DNA of 64,000 nucleotides from Convolutriloba macropyga (Eukaryota), in NCBI RefSeq assembly GCF_964194025.1, contig NC_134475.1, positions 20,212,001 to 20,276,000 of the forward strand. Direction: 5' to 3'. The notes under the pieces were generated by a model, which searched no databases, was not told where the DNA came from, and saw only the letters and a list, made by a program, of their open reading frames with translations. The position numbers and the translations under genes are program-made. Each line of letters opens with the position of its first letter. Within the stretch, counting starts at the first letter, position 1. Below, in pieces: positions 60,504 to 64,000 of this stretch.

Positions 60504-63127
60504 TATCCTCTGCTCGAGAGAAATTTTTAAACTGCATTAGTGTAAAATTTTTGATAATATTAACATATGTACTGGTTAGTATAAATAGTAAATAATGTGA
60601 GCAACAACAGATTAGTGAAGAAATGACAATGGAAATGAGGGGCTTATGCTTGAAGAATTAAATCAATGTAAACTCTCAACATTTACTTTAAATAACAAAC
60701 ATAGAACATAAATTAAGGCACAATCGAGGTGCGAATCCCCAAAAATAATAACGTACAGAATATTGCTACATAAACAACATCAACTTTAACTGAAGAACAT
60801 GTAACACAAACGCAAATAAATATTGAACATTAACTCAAAATGAGCGCACAAGTGGTACTAATCCATATTTAAATTAATAATGGACAATTAAAGAAATCAG
60901 AATTGATGCATTCAACAATTTAACAAATTTAACATAGTTGTTTTTAGCTTAAATCTGATTTTCTGCGTCAAAGACGCTCATGCTAATCTCTCTTGTATAA
61001 TCCTCATAGTAATAGCTCTCGGTTGACGATGTTCCAACTGGAGGGGGTGCAGGAGGACTCACTAATTGCAACTCATAATAAGTCTCTGGTGCAGAGGGTT
61101 GTGCTGCCTCTTCTTGAATTATTGTCGCAATCACTGGATTTGCGGGCTTTTGTTTCTTAGGTGCAGGAGCGGCAGAGCCATCGCTTACCGAGCACACAGA
61201 ACTTTCAAAACCGAAATAGTCGGGGGCGCGTCGAGTTCTTTTGTTTCTGGACGAAGAAGGTGAAGCGGCGGAAGATGTTACTGAGGACGCAGCAACAGAA
61301 GAAGCATTTGACGTGTTGAGTGTTGCAGAAGTATTTCTGGAACGTTTGCCTCCTGCTTGAGGCTTTTTAGGCTTTCGGGATGCCATTGCCTTTGAAATAT
61401 TGCTGTTTACAGACGAGACTCCCGAGGGCGCGTCTGATTGGGTCGGGCGGTGACGAATTTTTATTTCCCCACGGAATTTCTTTTTCAGCTCTTTGGTATG
61501 CTGTGAAATCTTTTCGCGTCACGTTTCGCGTCACAAATCCACTTAGAAATTGTAGAGTGGATTCGAGGTGCGAATCTAAGTTTTACTAATTTGTGGGATT
61601 ACCACTTTTAGTTTTACTTAGCAATCGTGATGCGATTGCAGACAAAATTATTGAGTGTGGAATTCCTCCTCGAATCCGATAGGATTGCTCTTAGTGTAAA
61701 ACAGAGTAGATTGAAAGCAACTGAATTCAAAACCGAAATAGTCGGGGGCGCGTCGAGTTCTTTTGTTTCTGGACGAAGAAGGTGAAGCGGCGGAAGATGT
61801 TACTGAGGACGCAGCAACAGAAGAAGCATTTGACGTGTTGAGTGTTGCAGAAGTATTTCCGGAACGTTTGACTCTTGCTTGAGGCTTTTTAGGCTTTCGG
61901 GATGCCATTGCCTTTGAAATATTGCTGTTTACAGACGAGACTCCCGAGGGCGCGTCTGATTGGGTCGGGCGGTGACGAATTTTTATTTCACCACGGAATT
62001 TCTTTTTCAGCTCTTTGGTATGCTGTGAAATCTTTTCCTCCGTGGTTTTCTCATAGGGGAGAGGACGTCGTTTTGCGTACTCCCAAAGGTCTGTTTTGCG
62101 TTCAGCGTGAGTGCCAAATTTGGCGATGTCACTGTTTCGTACGCATACTTCGGGTACTCCAGGTTCTTTAATAACTGTAGTAGTATCAGATGTTCGTACT
62201 ACTGTACTACCCGGAGCCAATGTTTCCCATAATCCACGGAGGTCCCGTTTTGATCGCTTTGTCACTTTGCGTGCCAATTTTAGATCGAGTGACTGTTCTG
62301 TCCGAGGAATTGGGTTATTCAGTTTGGGATGCACAATGAAACGGGAAACGGACTTATTGTGATCCCCATTGTAACGGCGTCCCGCATCCACTTGTGCTTT
62401 CTTCATAGCCTCTTCTATGAGAATATCGCTACGATCACTTGTCACCCATCCGTTTTCGTCAAGGTAATCTTCTACTGAAACGGTATCGGCATCTAAATAG
62501 TGGTGAAGAATATTTTCATATGATAGATTAGATGACTTTGGTAATGTACTTATATTACTTAGTGGTGTGTTTGGCTTTCTTCTAATATGTGCTTGGAAAG
62601 GTGTTACATTTGTTGTCTTTTGCTTGCAAATACGTAATTAATAGACTATTGACTTTATTGCTTCTTTAATTGTGAATGTTTTATTTCCATTATCTAATTT
62701 CATAAGCGTCTTTTAATAGTTTGTATCAAACGCCCTTCTAATCCTATAGCTCTATGATCATTAACAGGGGCAGTGAGTATGTTAAGATTATGCTGTTTAC
62801 AGAAATTTTTTACTTTGTAACCAATTAAGCAACGTGCTTGATCTATTCTAATATTTCGGGGGACACCGTGTATGTGAATGTAGTCATCTAAGAATTTAAG
62901 GATGTTTGGTCCATTAGTTTTTTCAAATACATCTACAGTGGGGGAAAACGATCAATACATGCAAGAAAAGAAATATCTTGGTCTTTTTCATTTGTAATGG
63001 GTCCTCCAAAATCAATTTTTATTTCTTCATTAGGCTCTGTACATGTCAGCAAAGGTTTCCATTTAGACGCCGGGACAACGGGCTTAAGATTCTTACCAAT
63101 ATCAGTACAAGGCTTGCACTGAGCCGC

Positions 63128-63994
63128 CTAGTTTAGGAATTCCCGGTGCATATACGGCCAGAACGCGTACTGCCCGAGTGTTATCATTCCCCAACTACCA
63201 GGGTGTGTTAGGTGAAGGCTTTCCAATACTGCGTCCTGAATAGAAGGTGGGATTGCCACCCGTTCATCTACACAGACACAACCCGAGCGGACATGGAGAT
63301 CTCTCCAGTAGGAGAACATGTAAGGATTCACTTCCTTACATCTTTGGGGGTTGTTCTGGAGGATGCAATCACGCACTTCTTTATGGACTGCATCTTTGCT
63401 GGTTAGAACAGCCAAGAAGCCTTTAGTAAATGAGTGTGTTAAGTTAATTTCAAAGACTTCTTCTTTCGACAGGTCCAAGTTTGGTGAATTTTGACCCTCG
63501 TTAGATGATCTCGTCGTGTTCACCGCTGAATTGGGGGTAGATTGAAATGTGAACCGACTGTGTGTAGGAGGAGTTTGTGGGTTGGATGTTAAGCTGCTCA
63601 TTGTGTGAGTGGAAATTGTATGGATATGTGATGCGTTTATAGGGATTTCTGAATGAGTAGGGATTTGAGTTGAGTTTGAATTTTTATTTGAGCTGAATTG
63701 GAATGGTGCTGCGTTTGCAGAATTTTCAAGAAGCAACTGAGTTGTTTTACGATTAAGGGCAGAAAGCAAATTGGAATAGTTTGTTAAGCGAGGATGCGAG
63801 GCACGTGTGGAATGTGTGTGAGTGACGCTGTTAAAGTGCTGTGATTGGCAGTTTTGTGGTGTGGTATTTACGTAAATTGCAGCAATAGCGTCACGAATGC
63901 GGGTAATTGATGCTACCGCAAATTCCTCATCATATTTGTTTGTAACTTTTGCTTCTTGATTTGGTTGACGGGAAATATAATCTACCAGCCCCAT
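63128..63994 (-). pseudogene. Gypsy pol fragment: RNase H end, long linker, integrase zinc-binding domain
   Basis: 288-aa ORF ending at a premature stop after WPYMHREFLN. Confidence 0.85.
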
Positions 63995-64000
63995 TTTTGC

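Larger units (their letters stand above)
60081..64000 (-). mobile_element. Ty3/Gypsy LTR retrotransposon, 3' part (RNase H end, integrase, tail, LTR); runs off the window
   Basis: MGLVDYISR (RNase H end), zinc-finger region LHLTHPG...FWP, integrase core (HGVPRNIRIDQAR), C-terminal ORFs 61648-62445 and 60949-61386. Contains frameshifts. Confidence 0.9.

Overview
AT-rich eukaryotic (animal, probably invertebrate) genomic DNA with spliceosomal introns and four assembly gaps (7310-7438, 13697-13826, 34985-35184, 47725-47973). The host content is a tandem cluster of WSC-domain sulfotransferase (WSCD1/WSCD2-family) genes on the + strand. Paralog A has exons 11010-11510, 15619-15957, 16270-16313 and 33642-33790; its last exon is not visible. 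Paralog B is complete at about 520 aa (exons 36066-36560, 46425-46763, 46962-47005, 48469-48617, 48819-49354). B's promoter and exon 1 are tandemly duplicated (4.2 kb), and the proximal copy carries a nonsense codon. A and B show patchwork identity typical of gene conversion. The first exon of a secreted C-type lectin gene lies on the - strand at 59554-59729, just downstream of a same-strand LTR. The rest is mostly decayed mobile DNA: a CR1/L2-group LINE with an internal 2.35-kb tandem duplication, four related Gypsy elements or remnants with an unusually long RNaseH-integrase linker, two ~3-kb Helentron-type non-autonomous elements, several CCC...GGG/TA foldback MITEs, a ~89-bp tandem repeat and microsatellites. 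All alignments and identities were judged by eye.
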